Origin: Thermoproteota archaeon
GTDB lineage: Archaea; Korarchaeota; Korarchaeia; Korarchaeales; Korarchaeaceae
Length of the DNA: 40,769 bases
Direction: 5' to 3'
Assembly: GCA_027491435.1 (NCBI GenBank)
Contig: JAOZFG010000040.1
Location: forward strand, 1 to 40,769
Under the pieces are notes generated by a model, which was not told the origin of the DNA, made no database searches, and worked only from the letters and a program-made list of their open reading frames with translations. Position numbers and translations under genes: made by a program. How positions within the stretch are numbered: position 1 is the stretch's first letter; each line of letters starts with the position of its first letter. Below, piece by piece: positions 25,917-36,021 of this stretch.

Positions 25917-27032
25917 ATGAGCGTTAACGACTTGAGTTTCATGACCCTCGAGGAGAGCTTCGTTAAAGTGAAAAGCAAGCTTCTGGAGGACTTTTCGAGG
26001 AACTATGATGAGGAGAAGGACTTGTTCGACAAGCACTGGTCCGAAGGTATAGGTAAGGGGGACCTCAATCCAATAGCTGCGGTAGATGGTGGAAGCAGGC
26101 CCGTATCCTACACTCAGGGGAGGGTCCTCTTCCTCACCTCTGCCGCCATGATAGTTAAGGGCTCTAAGCTGAAGAGGTACAGAGTTTACCAGTTCGGAGT
26201 AACTGACTACTACGAGGCCAACGAGAGGATAAGGTATTGCAGGGAGGTATTGGAGAGTAAGATGGCGAGGGTCTTCCTGTTTGAACACGATGAGGGCCTC
26301 CTCCTAATGGACGGATCCTTATCAGCCCCCCTTGAGCACAGGGTCTACGTAACTAAGTACGAGTTCACATCCCCCTCCTCGCTGAAGTACGTCTTGAGGA
26401 GCCTCATAGAAGAGATGCAGACCTTTCAGGGGATAAAGTCGTACACACATGACTTGAATAACAGGGAGAGGCTTCAAAGTGAGGTGTCCAGCTCCCTATC
26501 TAAGCTGCTGGGAGAGGGGGCTGTAGCTAAGGTTGAGGACGTGTCCATGGCCATGGCCTTCCTGGAGAGATACGAGGCCCTAGAGAGCTTCAAATCCCTT
26601 TACGAAGGGGCCCTCTCCGGTGAGGTCAAGCTCATCGGCATCTCCAAGAGGTCTTCGAGCAGGAGGTACTTCGAGTCCAGGATACCTGATATAGAGATAG
26701 TCGGCCGCTTGGCCAAGTCCGTCGGCTACCTGAAGCCCAAGACTTACGAGGTCAGGCTCCCAGATTACGTGGGGAACCACTCATTTCCAATAACCCTGAC
26801 CTATGTCAAGTTGGAGGACAACACGCCCCCCATGAAAGTGGAAGTTTTGGGTTCCATAGGGGAATCGGAGCTCCTGAACATACTGGGTACTCTCCGGAGG
26901 TATTCCGTGAAGGGCTACCCGTATCACCTTAGGCTCGTCCACGAGATGGCCAAGATAAGCAAAGACATGGTTGATTTCGTGTTAAGAAGTATTGAGACCG
27001 GTCCTACTGGGAGGGAGTGGCTTGGAGAGTGA
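25917..27032 (+). CDS. nurA: NurA 5'-3' nuclease
   Basis: AVDGGS, LMDGS, GISKRS, GYPY.L..VHEMAKI; adjacent to herA. Confidence 0.9.
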   Translation: MSVNDLSFMTLEESFVKVKSKLLEDFSRNYDEEKDLFDKHWSEGIGKGDLNPIAAVDGGSRPVSYTQGRVLFLTSAAMIVKGSKLKRYRVYQFGVTDYYEANERIRYCREVLESKMARVFLFEHDEGLLLMDGSLSAPLEHRVYVTKYEFTSPSSLKYVLRSLIEEMQTFQGIKSYTHDLNNRERLQSEVSSSLSKLLGEGAVAKVEDVSMAMAFLERYEALESFKSLYEGALSGEVKLIGISKRSSSRRYFESRIPDIEIVGRLAKSVGYLKPKTYEVRLPDYVGNHSFPITLTYVKLEDNTPPMKVEVLGSIGESELLNILGTLRRYSVKGYPYHLRLVHEMAKISKDMVDFVLRSIETGPTGREWLGE

Positions 27033-28620
27033 CCACTTGGGTAAGGTGGGGCCCAATTCAACCCCCACCAGGGTTAGGCTCATCGCCTATCAAGGAGTGG
27101 TGCCCAGCGTTGGGGATTACGTTATCATCGAAGGGGATGACGAACAGCTCCTTGGGATGGTCAGCGACGTGACCAGGGGGGCTATAGAGTTCTCCAGAAC
27201 CGACTTGATACAGGCTGACTATTACGACAGGATTCTGGAAGTGGTTGAGAAGCCCAGCCAGTGGGCGATAGCAGAGGTCAGGATATTGGGCAGGCTCGAG
27301 GAGGGCAAGCTAGTGGGGCTGTCCAGGAGGCCTCCCCCCTCAGGAGCGAACGTTAAAAGGGCCCCTAAAGATGTTTTGCAGGGGATATTCTCACCTCCCG
27401 AGGGAAGAGAAGGGATCAGGATAGGCAAGCTCATGTCCAGGGGCGATGTTGACGTTTACCTGGATCCGGACAACTTGATAGCCAGGCACCTAGCCATAAT
27501 AGCTGTAACGGGAGGCGGGAAATCCAACACGGTCGCTGTTATCCTGGAGGAAATCCTCAGAATGGGCGGAGTGGCTATGCTCTTCGACGTACACTCCGAG
27601 TACGTTGGAATGGAGGTTGACTGTGAGGGTTGTGAGGTAGAGCCTGTGGATCCCATATTAGATCCAAACAAGCTGTCCAAAGATGAGCTGGCCAGCCTCC
27701 TGGGAATAAGCTTCAGGTCAGCTGCCAAGATGTACATATACCTGAGCAGAGCGTACAACAGGGCAAAGAGCCTGCTGATGAAGGATTCGCTAGCCGACGT
27801 CCTTAGAGAGGCTGACATGAAGGATTACAACTCCAAGGACCTATTAGCTGGGGTGATGGCCCTCCTTAAGCTGACCGTAAGGGAAGAAGAGGGCCTAGGA
27901 ATTCCTTTGGACAGCAAGAAGGATAGGGAAAGCGTATACAGCCTCATCTCCAGGATAGATCACCTCATGTCCGTTTACGGGAAGATACTCAAGCCTGGGG
28001 CCGGAGACCTGACAGATCACTTGGACTACGGAAAACTGGTCATAGTTAAGCTGGGCCAGCTAGACCTGGAGCTCACCGATGTAGTGGTCGGAAAGAACCT
28101 GATAACCCTCCTCAACAAGTCCAAGGTCATGAAGGTCACAGGGGAGCGCTTAATCCCTAACCCTGTGCTGGCGGTCATAGAGGAGGCCCACGTGCTCCTG
28201 CCGCCAGGAGGGGACACTTACACCTTGAAGGCGGCCTCGGCAATAGCTAAGGAGGGGAGGAAGTTCGGCGTCGGTTTATGCCTGGTAAGCCAGAGGCCCA
28301 AGAAGCTTGACTCCGACGTCCTCTCACAGATGGTGAACAAGATAATCCTCAGAATCGTTGAACCAGACGACCAGCTGTACGTCAGGAGGGCCACAGAATT
28401 CTTGAGCGAGGAGCTCACCTCCTACCTGCCGTCGCTCAACGTGGGAGAGGCCATAGTGGTGGGTCCAATGATAAGGACACCAGCTCTGGTCAAGGTTAGG
28501 CTATTCCAGGGCAAGGCTGGCGGGGAGACGCCCAGCGCTTACGAGGCATGGCGGAGGGGCAAGGAAGAGAAGTCCTTAGCCAAGCCTGATGAGGACTACT
28601 ACAGCTCAATAGGTGATTAG
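27022..28620 (+). CDS. herA: HerA bipolar DNA helicase/translocase (start likely TTG 27022)
   Basis: HAS-barrel N-terminus, RHLAIIAVTGGGKS, D.HSEY, IEEAH, EGRKFGVGL..VSQRP. Confidence 0.93.
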   Translation: MESDHLGKVGPNSTPTRVRLIAYQGVVPSVGDYVIIEGDDEQLLGMVSDVTRGAIEFSRTDLIQADYYDRILEVVEKPSQWAIAEVRILGRLEEGKLVGLSRRPPPSGANVKRAPKDVLQGIFSPPEGREGIRIGKLMSRGDVDVYLDPDNLIARHLAIIAVTGGGKSNTVAVILEEILRMGGVAMLFDVHSEYVGMEVDCEGCEVEPVDPILDPNKLSKDELASLLGISFRSAAKMYIYLSRAYNRAKSLLMKDSLADVLREADMKDYNSKDLLAGVMALLKLTVREEEGLGIPLDSKKDRESVYSLISRIDHLMSVYGKILKPGAGDLTDHLDYGKLVIVKLGQLDLELTDVVVGKNLITLLNKSKVMKVTGERLIPNPVLAVIEEAHVLLPPGGDTYTLKAASAIAKEGRKFGVGLCLVSQRPKKLDSDVLSQMVNKIILRIVEPDDQLYVRRATEFLSEELTSYLPSLNVGEAIVVGPMIRTPALVKVRLFQGKAGGETPSAYEAWRRGKEEKSLAKPDEDYYSSIGD

Positions 28621-29802
28621 ATGAGGATAGTGCACTTCTCCGACAATCACCTAGGAAAGCTCCAGTTTAGCCTACCGGAGAGGGAGGAGGACATCTACAG
28701 GGGTTTGGAGAGAGCGGTGAATGTTGCTTTAGAGGTTAAGCCCGACCTCGTGTTGCATACGGGCGACCTCTTCGACCACCACGCCCCCCACCCGAGGGCT
28801 TTCGTCAGGGCTGTCGGCGCGATAACGAAGCTGCTGGACAGCGGGATAGAGGTGGTAATGATAGAGGGGAATCACGACGTGGGACCTGACACTGTCAGAG
28901 GAAGGACATCCTCAGCGATAATCAACTTGAGCAACCTGCTTAGGCAACTCGGGTACGATGGGTTTCACCTGCTGAGGCCCGGCACTTCCTTGAAGGTGAA
29001 AGACGTAACTGTAGTTGGGCTCCCCTACACTCCCAGGACAGTTAACGTGGCCGATGCCATAAAGTCCTTGGATAAGGTGAACTCACCAGATAGGGTAGGC
29101 GTTCTCATGCTTCATCAAGGGGTAAAGGAGATGATAGCTGCATTCTACCCTGAGATAGAGCTCAGATCCTTGTTAAGCACCAGGTTCAGGCTAATAGCCA
29201 TGGGCCACTATCACAAGAAGGTTGTGGTGAAGAAGGGGGACAGGGTCCTAGCCTACTCTGGGTCTACTGAGGTAATAGACATAAGGGAGGCGAACGAGCC
29301 CGAGAAGTACGTGTTGATATACGAGCTTGATGGAAAGGAAATAGAAGTTAAGGAGAGGACGTTGAAGACGAGGCCCTTCCTCAAGTTAAACAGGAGGATC
29401 AATAAAATAAAGGAGCTGACCTCATTAGTTGAAGAGCTCAGCGACCTGGCCTCTTCCTTTGAGGAGAAGCCTGTCCTAATCCTCAACGTGACTACGTCTG
29501 AACTCTCGGCCAGGAGAATAAGGGAGGAGCTTGAAAGCGTGAGGGACAAATTCCTCTACGTTAGAGAGAGGATACAGGCTAAGATAAAGGAGGAAGAGGT
29601 GGAGATGACTCCAAGGGGCTTTGACCTGACTGAGCTGGTCACCTCAATGATCAAGGATATGTCCTTGGACAACAGGGTTAAGGAGACCGCCATAAAGGCG
29701 TTCAGAATTTGGTACCTTGAGGGAAAGAGGGGTGATGACTTCGTTAAGGCCTTGAAGGAGCTCTGGGAGGGTTACTATGAAGATAAGGGCGATATCCCTT
29801 GA
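28621..29802 (+). CDS. mre11: Mre11 nuclease
   Basis: SDNHLG, GDLFD, GNHD, HQG, MGHYH, YSGS. Confidence 0.93.
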   Translation: MRIVHFSDNHLGKLQFSLPEREEDIYRGLERAVNVALEVKPDLVLHTGDLFDHHAPHPRAFVRAVGAITKLLDSGIEVVMIEGNHDVGPDTVRGRTSSAIINLSNLLRQLGYDGFHLLRPGTSLKVKDVTVVGLPYTPRTVNVADAIKSLDKVNSPDRVGVLMLHQGVKEMIAAFYPEIELRSLLSTRFRLIAMGHYHKKVVVKKGDRVLAYSGSTEVIDIREANEPEKYVLIYELDGKEIEVKERTLKTRPFLKLNRRINKIKELTSLVEELSDLASSFEEKPVLILNVTTSELSARRIREELESVRDKFLYVRERIQAKIKEEEVEMTPRGFDLTELVTSMIKDMSLDNRVKETAIKAFRIWYLEGKRGDDFVKALKELWEGYYEDKGDIP

Positions 29803-32497
29803 GAACTTCAGGTCCCACGTTAGGACGGAGCTCAACTTTGGGGATGGGATAGTGGCTATAATAGGTGAGAACGGGGCGGGGAAAACGTCAATCCTTGAGG
29901 CAATAGCTTATGCCCTATTTCCTGACCTGTTTAGGGGGAGGACAGACTCCTTAATGAGAGACGGAACGGACTACCTCAGGGTCTCCTTGGAGTTCGAGGT
30001 CAACGGCAAGGCGTATAGGGTTATCAGGGAGAGGCCCAGGGTGGGCCAGCCTACTGCCATAATAGAGGAGCTAGGCGAGAAGAGGAGGGTCCTTCAGAGG
30101 GGGCAGAGAAACGTGAACAAACAGATACTGGAGCTACTTGGCATGAGCCCCGAGGTCCTCATAAGCGCTGTTTACGTCAGGCAGGGCGAAATAGCTGATC
30201 TGATAGAGGAGAGCCCTACGGAGAGGAGGAAGTTGATAGCTAAGCTCATGAAGGTTGATCAGCTTGAAAGGATCTGGGACGACCTGGGGTCGGCTATATC
30301 TCACTTCAGGTCGGAGCTGGCCAGCGTTAAGGGCGAACTAACCGCCCTTCACGGGGCTGAAGGCGAACTCATAGAGTTGAAGAGGAAGAGGGACCTCCTC
30401 CAAGTTAGGAAGGAGGAGTTGAGCGGGAAGCTTGAGGACCTAATGAAGGAGAAGGCTGAAGTGGAGAGGAGGCTTGACGAAGTTCAGAGAAGGCAGGAAG
30501 TTTACATGGAGGTCAAGTCGGAGTTGGATAGGAAGGTAGGAGAGGCTCAACACCTGGAGGAGAAGATCAGGAGGCTGAAACGGGACCTAGCCATCATTAG
30601 TGAGAGGATAAATAAGTACAAGGAAAGAGTAAGCTCTCTAGGCAATCTAGAGATTGCTATGGAGGCTTACAGGATACACTCTGAGGTTGACAAGATATCC
30701 TCCGAGATAAGGCGAGTCAAGGACTGGAGAGATAGGGTTAACAGTATAAGGGAGGAGCTAGACTCCATAGAAGTTGATGAGAGCTCTTCTCAGCGTTACA
30801 TCGAGGTTAAGAGCGCTATTTCTAAGATTCAAGCTGAAATCTCCTCGAACAGAGAGGAGGTGGGCGCTTTAAGGTCTAAGCTTATAGAAAAGAAGGAGAG
30901 GATGGCCAATCTCATCTCTGAGGCTAGGAAGAGGATGAGCAGGCTATCCTCGATCACCGGTCTAGAGGTAAATTCTTTAGAGGAAGTTGATGAGGTCAAC
31001 GGATTCATTAAGGAGTTGGAGGAGAGGTTAGCCAAGTTAGAGGAGAGGAGAGACCTCATAATCAAGGAGTTGAGCGCTCTGGACGCTAGGATTAAGGAGT
31101 ATAGGAGATCCCTGGAATCGTTAAAGGGGGCAAGAGGGAAGTGCCCAGTCTGCGGGTCTGAGCTCAGCGATGAGAGAAGGTCTGAGCTTATGGACGAGTT
31201 CAGGGAAGAGATATTTAGGAGCGAGAAGAAGAGGTTAGAGCTCGATAAGGAGTTAGCTGACATTAAGGAAAGCATTCAGGAGGTCAGCGCTAAGCTTAAC
31301 ATGCTCAGGTCGTTCGACCTGAACTCGTTAAAGGAGTTGTTCACCACCATACCCTCCCTGGAGTCTGAGATAAGAAAATTAGAGAATTCTTTAGCCTTAA
31401 AGAGGTCAGCCCTCGTTGAGTTAGAGGGCAAGCTCTCAAAACTAGTTGATGAGAGGGATCGTCTGGAGGGGGAGGTGAAGAAGCTAGAGAGGAAGAGGTA
31501 CTTGAGGAACCTGCTGATGACCGAGTTGAGGAAGGGAAGGAACCTTCCAGACCTAGATCAACTAGAGTCCAAGCTTAGAGAGCTGAGAGAGAGGCTGTCC
31601 GATCTGGCTGCAAAGTTAGGCCTTGACGTTGATAGGGTAGGCTCCATTAGGGAGAAGGTAATTGAGGTCAAGAGGTTGCTGGAGGAGCTGGACAGGCTGA
31701 AGGGTAGGAAGTCGGCTGTTGAGGAGGAGCTGGAGAATCTTGAGAAAAGGCTTAACTCTGCTAGAATGGAGATCTCAAAGCTGAAGTCGAGCTTAGAGTC
31801 TGTGGGTTATTCCAAAGAGGAGCACCTGAGCCTAATCAAGAGGTTGAAGGAGCTCAACTCCTTGAAGTCGTCGGCGGAGAGAGAGCTTGGCTCCCTAGAG
31901 GGAGAGATCAGACGCCTGGAGGAGGAGATAAAGAGGAAGGAATCCGAAGTTAAGAAGCTCAAGGAGCTAAGGAGGAGGGCTAAGAGCCTTGAGGAGTACA
32001 TAGGGATTCTAGAAGAGGTGAGGGACATATTCCACAGGGAGAGAGGTATACAGAGGTACATCAGAGAAAAGGCCAGGCCCTTCATAGAGGAGAAGGCCTC
32101 TGAGATATTCTCATCCTTCGGCTTCCAGTACGACGGCCTTGAGATAGACCGAGATTACACCCCATACCTGATAAAGGGGACCAGGAGATACGGGATGGAT
32201 AAGATGAGCGGTGGCGAATTAATAGCAGTCGCCCTATCTTTGAGGCTGGCCTTAGCTAACTTCCTGGTGGCTTCGGAGGTCGAGAGCATCTTCCTAGACG
32301 AGCCCACAATACACCTGGATGAGAGCAGGGTCGACAGCCTAGTCGACTCCCTGACCCACATGGAAGTGCCCCAGCTCATCGTGGTGACTCACTCAGACAA
32401 ATTCATGAACGTGGCAGATCAGACCATCTTGGTTAAGAAAGAGAAAGGCGTCTCCGGGGTTGAAGTGATACAAACGTCAAATAAGGGATACCCTTAA
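29777..32497 (+). CDS. rad50: Rad50 ATPase
   Basis: GENGAGKTS, coiled coil with CPVC zinc hook, MSGGE, LDEPT, VTH. Confidence 0.95.
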   Translation: MKIRAISLENFRSHVRTELNFGDGIVAIIGENGAGKTSILEAIAYALFPDLFRGRTDSLMRDGTDYLRVSLEFEVNGKAYRVIRERPRVGQPTAIIEELGEKRRVLQRGQRNVNKQILELLGMSPEVLISAVYVRQGEIADLIEESPTERRKLIAKLMKVDQLERIWDDLGSAISHFRSELASVKGELTALHGAEGELIELKRKRDLLQVRKEELSGKLEDLMKEKAEVERRLDEVQRRQEVYMEVKSELDRKVGEAQHLEEKIRRLKRDLAIISERINKYKERVSSLGNLEIAMEAYRIHSEVDKISSEIRRVKDWRDRVNSIREELDSIEVDESSSQRYIEVKSAISKIQAEISSNREEVGALRSKLIEKKERMANLISEARKRMSRLSSITGLEVNSLEEVDEVNGFIKELEERLAKLEERRDLIIKELSALDARIKEYRRSLESLKGARGKCPVCGSELSDERRSELMDEFREEIFRSEKKRLELDKELADIKESIQEVSAKLNMLRSFDLNSLKELFTTIPSLESEIRKLENSLALKRSALVELEGKLSKLVDERDRLEGEVKKLERKRYLRNLLMTELRKGRNLPDLDQLESKLRELRERLSDLAAKLGLDVDRVGSIREKVIEVKRLLEELDRLKGRKSAVEEELENLEKRLNSARMEISKLKSSLESVGYSKEEHLSLIKRLKELNSLKSSAERELGSLEGEIRRLEEEIKRKESEVKKLKELRRRAKSLEEYIGILEEVRDIFHRERGIQRYIREKARPFIEEKASEIFSSFGFQYDGLEIDRDYTPYLIKGTRRYGMDKMSGGELIAVALSLRLALANFLVASEVESIFLDEPTIHLDESRVDSLVDSLTHMEVPQLIVVTHSDKFMNVADQTILVKKEKGVSGVEVIQTSNKGYP

Positions 32498-32532
32498 TAC
32501 TGGTTACCTACACATATCACTGGTGGTGATAG

Positions 32533-32934
32533 GTGGCCAAAAAAAGGAGGGAGAGCGCCGACGACCCGTTCGATTCCTTCATAAGGGATATGATGGACTT
32601 CCTGAGGAGGATGGACGAGGAGCTCTCGGATCTGTTCGATGACGAGGTTGACAGCGAGTTCGTGAGTGATGATGCACCCTATGGATTTATAGGGGGTGAT
32701 GACTTGGAGCTGGAGGAGTCTGTTGACGTTATAGAGTTACCTGATGAGGTTCTGGTTGTTATGGAGATTCCTGGTGTTAGGAAGGAGGACATAAGCATAA
32801 AGGCCAAGGGGATGGAGCTTATAATAAGGGCTAAAGACCTGTTCAAGAGGGTCACTCTCCCAATAAAGATAAATCCGAGTAAGGCTAGAGCCACCTATAG
32901 AAACGGCATTCTGGAGATAAAGATCAAGAAGTAG
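32533..32934 (+). CDS. Small heat-shock protein Hsp20
   Basis: DVIE....V.V.EIPGV.KEDI, A.YRNGILEI; acidic N-terminus. Confidence 0.88.
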   Translation: MAKKRRESADDPFDSFIRDMMDFLRRMDEELSDLFDDEVDSEFVSDDAPYGFIGGDDLELEESVDVIELPDEVLVVMEIPGVRKEDISIKAKGMELIIRAKDLFKRVTLPIKINPSKARATYRNGILEIKIKK

Positions 32935-32943
32935 GGGCGAGGC

Positions 32944-35900
32944 TTGAGGATTAGGAGCTCTGACCTGCTCAACAGACTGGGTTATGAGTACTACAGCTAT
33001 GTGGAGGAGGAGACCTCCCCTGAAAGCTCTAAGCTCAAGTTCTCGGACCTGATTCCCGAAATCAGGAACTCCAAGAAGGGTAGTAGACTAGCTGAGTTGC
33101 ACCTCTACTCCCATCAAGAAAAGAGTCTTAAGTCCCTCCGCGAGGGTAAGAACGTCATATTAATATCGGGAACCGGGAGCGGAAAGACTGAGGCCTGGTT
33201 CCTATACACGGCCACTTCGAGGGTTAAAACCCTTGTTGTGTATCCAACCCTGGCCCTTTCTAATGACCAGATTCAGAGGTTGAAGGATTACTCTCTAGCC
33301 TTAGGCCTGAAGGCCACAATACTGGACGCCTTGCACAGGAAGGAGCTGGTGAACCTCAAGGGGAGGAAGGGGGCTATAGCCGAGCTAGCTAGCTCCGACC
33401 TCGTAGTGACCAACCCTGCTTTCCTAATGTCGGATGTGAAGAGGTTGACTGCTGGCAGGTCTTACCTGGCCGACTTCATAAACCAACTCGAACTCCTGGT
33501 GATAGACGAGTTCGACTTCTACGGGCCTAGGGAGATAGCCCTGCTCCTCTCCTTGATCAAGATAATAAACTACTTCTCTGGGGGGGAATTGAGATTTGCT
33601 GTCCTGACAGCAACCTTAGGCAACCCAGAGGAGCTAGCGTCCTTCCTGACCTCAGTTAACGGGAGGGAAACTGAAGTCATAGTGGGTAAGCCGTTTAGGC
33701 TGAGGAACACGGTTTACGTTGTATTAGGAAAGAACATGAAGTCCCTTTGGGAGGTACTTAAACAAAGCTTAGACCTAGTGAAAAAGCACGTTTTAGGTGA
33801 GGAGGAGCCTAAGTTAGGTGAGGATATCCTAGAAGCTTTGCTGGATTACGAGAAGTTCAAGTCGGAGGCTTATAAAGTTGTTGAAGCCCTCAGGTCCATA
33901 GGGGTTGACGCCCCTTACCCAGGAATGGACCCCGTTGAGCTCCTCAGGGAGTACGCTGAGGACGACGGGGTCACCCTGGTGTTCACTAGGGGGATAAGGT
34001 CCGCTGAGCAGGTCAGGAGAAGGCTTGAGGAGGAGGTTCCTGGGCTGGTGGCCTCCCACCATCACCTGGTCTCCAAGACACAGAGGGAGGAGATAGAGAG
34101 GCTAGCTAGGGAGGGCGAGCTGAAGATCCTGATAAGTCCTAGAACCCTGTCTCAGGGGCTGGACATAGGAACTGTTGTGAGGGTAGTCCACCTAGGCCTC
34201 CCAGAGAGCGTAAGGGAGTTCAAGCAAAGGGAAGGTAGGAAGGGGAGAAGGAAAGAGATTAAGTTCACTGAGACAGTGATAATCCCTCAATCTCCCTGGG
34301 ATAGGGAACTCCTGCAGAGGGGTATAGAGGCCCTCAAGGAGTGGGTCAGCCTCCCCCTGGAAGTAGCGCTGGTAAACCCTTACAACAAGTACTCCAAGCT
34401 CTTCGAGGCACTCTTCAAGGTTAAGCACCCTAGCCTGAGGGGAAAGCTTGAGGAGGACGAATACGAACTTCTAAAGAGGTTGGGGTTGATTAAGGCTGGA
34501 GAGCTTACCGATAAGGGTAAGAGAGCCTGGAACTACCTAAACTTCTACGAGTTCGGCCCTCCCTTCGGCTTCAAAAGGGTGATGAGAGCAGGCCCCTCCG
34601 ACAAGTACTTGGAGGACATAGGCCACTGCGACCTGGTGGAAAAGTTTCAGCCGGGGAGCTTCGACTACGGAAACGACGGCGTAGTCACAGGGTTCCTGAG
34701 GAGAGGGTCTATCATAACTGGGATCGTTGAGGAGCCGATAGACGAATCGGTCCTCAACCACTACGACTTCTTAGCTCACACCCTGGAGGAGTACTACAAG
34801 ACCAAGTTCGAGTGGAGGGAACCCCCCAGCATACTCTCAGATTATTATAAGGGAAGGCTGGCCAGCGAGGTCATATGCGTTGTGGACCCCCCAACCAGGG
34901 GGTTTGGCGTGAAGACTAAGGCCCCCAACAGGGTCTATTGGATAGTGACCTCCTCAAAGTCCAGGCCTTTCATAACAGAGGATGGGAAGACCGTGCTATT
35001 AAGGGATAGAAAGAGCATACCCGTCATAGGCCCCACGGGGGGCGTTTACAGGGATTACACCTACGGGTTCGCTGTGGAGGTAGACCCCTCAGAGGATATG
35101 AGCTGGGCCAGGATAGGGCTGGCCGTCATGAAGTTGGTCATGAGGAAACGCCTCAACATCCCAGTGGACGCCTTGGAGTACGAGATATCCAACCTGGGGG
35201 ATAAGAAGCTGCTGATAGTGCACGAGCCTGAGTCGGCTGGCCTAATAGAGCAGATGGACTGGAGCTCGCTGAGGAGGGCCATATCTGAGTACAAGCCAGA
35301 CGAGCTAGACGAGGTGCTTCTAATGCTGATAGACGAGAAGGCCCACTTCGAGTTCGTATCCTCTGGTATGGAGTGGAGGCTAGCCCTTAAGTCCGCTGAG
35401 AGGATGGTTGACTACGTCATTTCCACCCAGAGAATAAGGTTGACGCTAGAGGGGCTGGAGTTCCATATACCTAGGCCCAGCAAGGCTCTGAAGGTCGCTA
35501 GCCTTGAGGTAATCTCCTTAGGGCTGAGCGAGTCTTTGTCGCTGGGGGGTATAGCTATTTATGATGGAAATGATGTGAGCGTCGACGTGGTGGTCAGGGA
35601 GATCTTTCAGAGTCCCCAGGTGGAGCTGAGCCTCTTAAATGAGGTGATAAACTCCGGCTTTAAGGTGGTGGTCTGGGACCTCCAGTCAACCCTAAATGAC
35701 CTCTCCTCTCTGGGGATGAAGTCCATCCAATACATGTTAATGGGCCTGCACGCTGAGAACAGGGTTTACAGCCTTAAGGGGTTGGTCGAGGAGAAGCTCG
35801 GCAAGCCCGTGCCTCCTGAGGAGCTCCTATCCTCCTTTGGGGAAATGGAATACAGGTTGAAGGACGTGCTGGCTGAGTTCAAGAAGTCAAAGGGCATACT

Positions 35901-36021
35901 GGAGGAGAGGGGTTTCCACCAGTGGCCTAGGTTCACTAAGTTCCTCCGGGAGAAGTTGAAAAAGGTTTTGGAAGACAGGGCCAGGGCCACGTACCTAGTC
36001 TACTTGGCCCTAGGTCAGTAG
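32944..36021 (+). CDS. SF2 DEAD/DEAH-box helicase (Hrq1/SftH/YprA-related), 1025 aa
   Basis: LYSHQ, GTGSGKT, YPTLALSNDQ, TNP, DEFD, TATLGNP, GLDIG, QREGRKGR; long C-terminal region. Confidence 0.85.
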   Translation: MRIRSSDLLNRLGYEYYSYVEEETSPESSKLKFSDLIPEIRNSKKGSRLAELHLYSHQEKSLKSLREGKNVILISGTGSGKTEAWFLYTATSRVKTLVVYPTLALSNDQIQRLKDYSLALGLKATILDALHRKELVNLKGRKGAIAELASSDLVVTNPAFLMSDVKRLTAGRSYLADFINQLELLVIDEFDFYGPREIALLLSLIKIINYFSGGELRFAVLTATLGNPEELASFLTSVNGRETEVIVGKPFRLRNTVYVVLGKNMKSLWEVLKQSLDLVKKHVLGEEEPKLGEDILEALLDYEKFKSEAYKVVEALRSIGVDAPYPGMDPVELLREYAEDDGVTLVFTRGIRSAEQVRRRLEEEVPGLVASHHHLVSKTQREEIERLAREGELKILISPRTLSQGLDIGTVVRVVHLGLPESVREFKQREGRKGRRKEIKFTETVIIPQSPWDRELLQRGIEALKEWVSLPLEVALVNPYNKYSKLFEALFKVKHPSLRGKLEEDEYELLKRLGLIKAGELTDKGKRAWNYLNFYEFGPPFGFKRVMRAGPSDKYLEDIGHCDLVEKFQPGSFDYGNDGVVTGFLRRGSIITGIVEEPIDESVLNHYDFLAHTLEEYYKTKFEWREPPSILSDYYKGRLASEVICVVDPPTRGFGVKTKAPNRVYWIVTSSKSRPFITEDGKTVLLRDRKSIPVIGPTGGVYRDYTYGFAVEVDPSEDMSWARIGLAVMKLVMRKRLNIPVDALEYEISNLGDKKLLIVHEPESAGLIEQMDWSSLRRAISEYKPDELDEVLLMLIDEKAHFEFVSSGMEWRLALKSAERMVDYVISTQRIRLTLEGLEFHIPRPSKALKVASLEVISLGLSESLSLGGIAIYDGNDVSVDVVVREIFQSPQVELSLLNEVINSGFKVVVWDLQSTLNDLSSLGMKSIQYMLMGLHAENRVYSLKGLVEEKLGKPVPPEELLSSFGEMEYRLKDVLAEFKKSKGILEERGFHQWPRFTKFLREKLKKVLEDRARATYLVYLALGQ

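Noticed and set aside
25917-32497. HerA plus nuclease plus SMC-like ATPase as an anti-phage system
   Set aside because: The motifs (NurA, Mre11 phosphoesterase, Rad50 zinc hook) match the housekeeping archaeal resection operon. There is no Sir2 or other effector gene.
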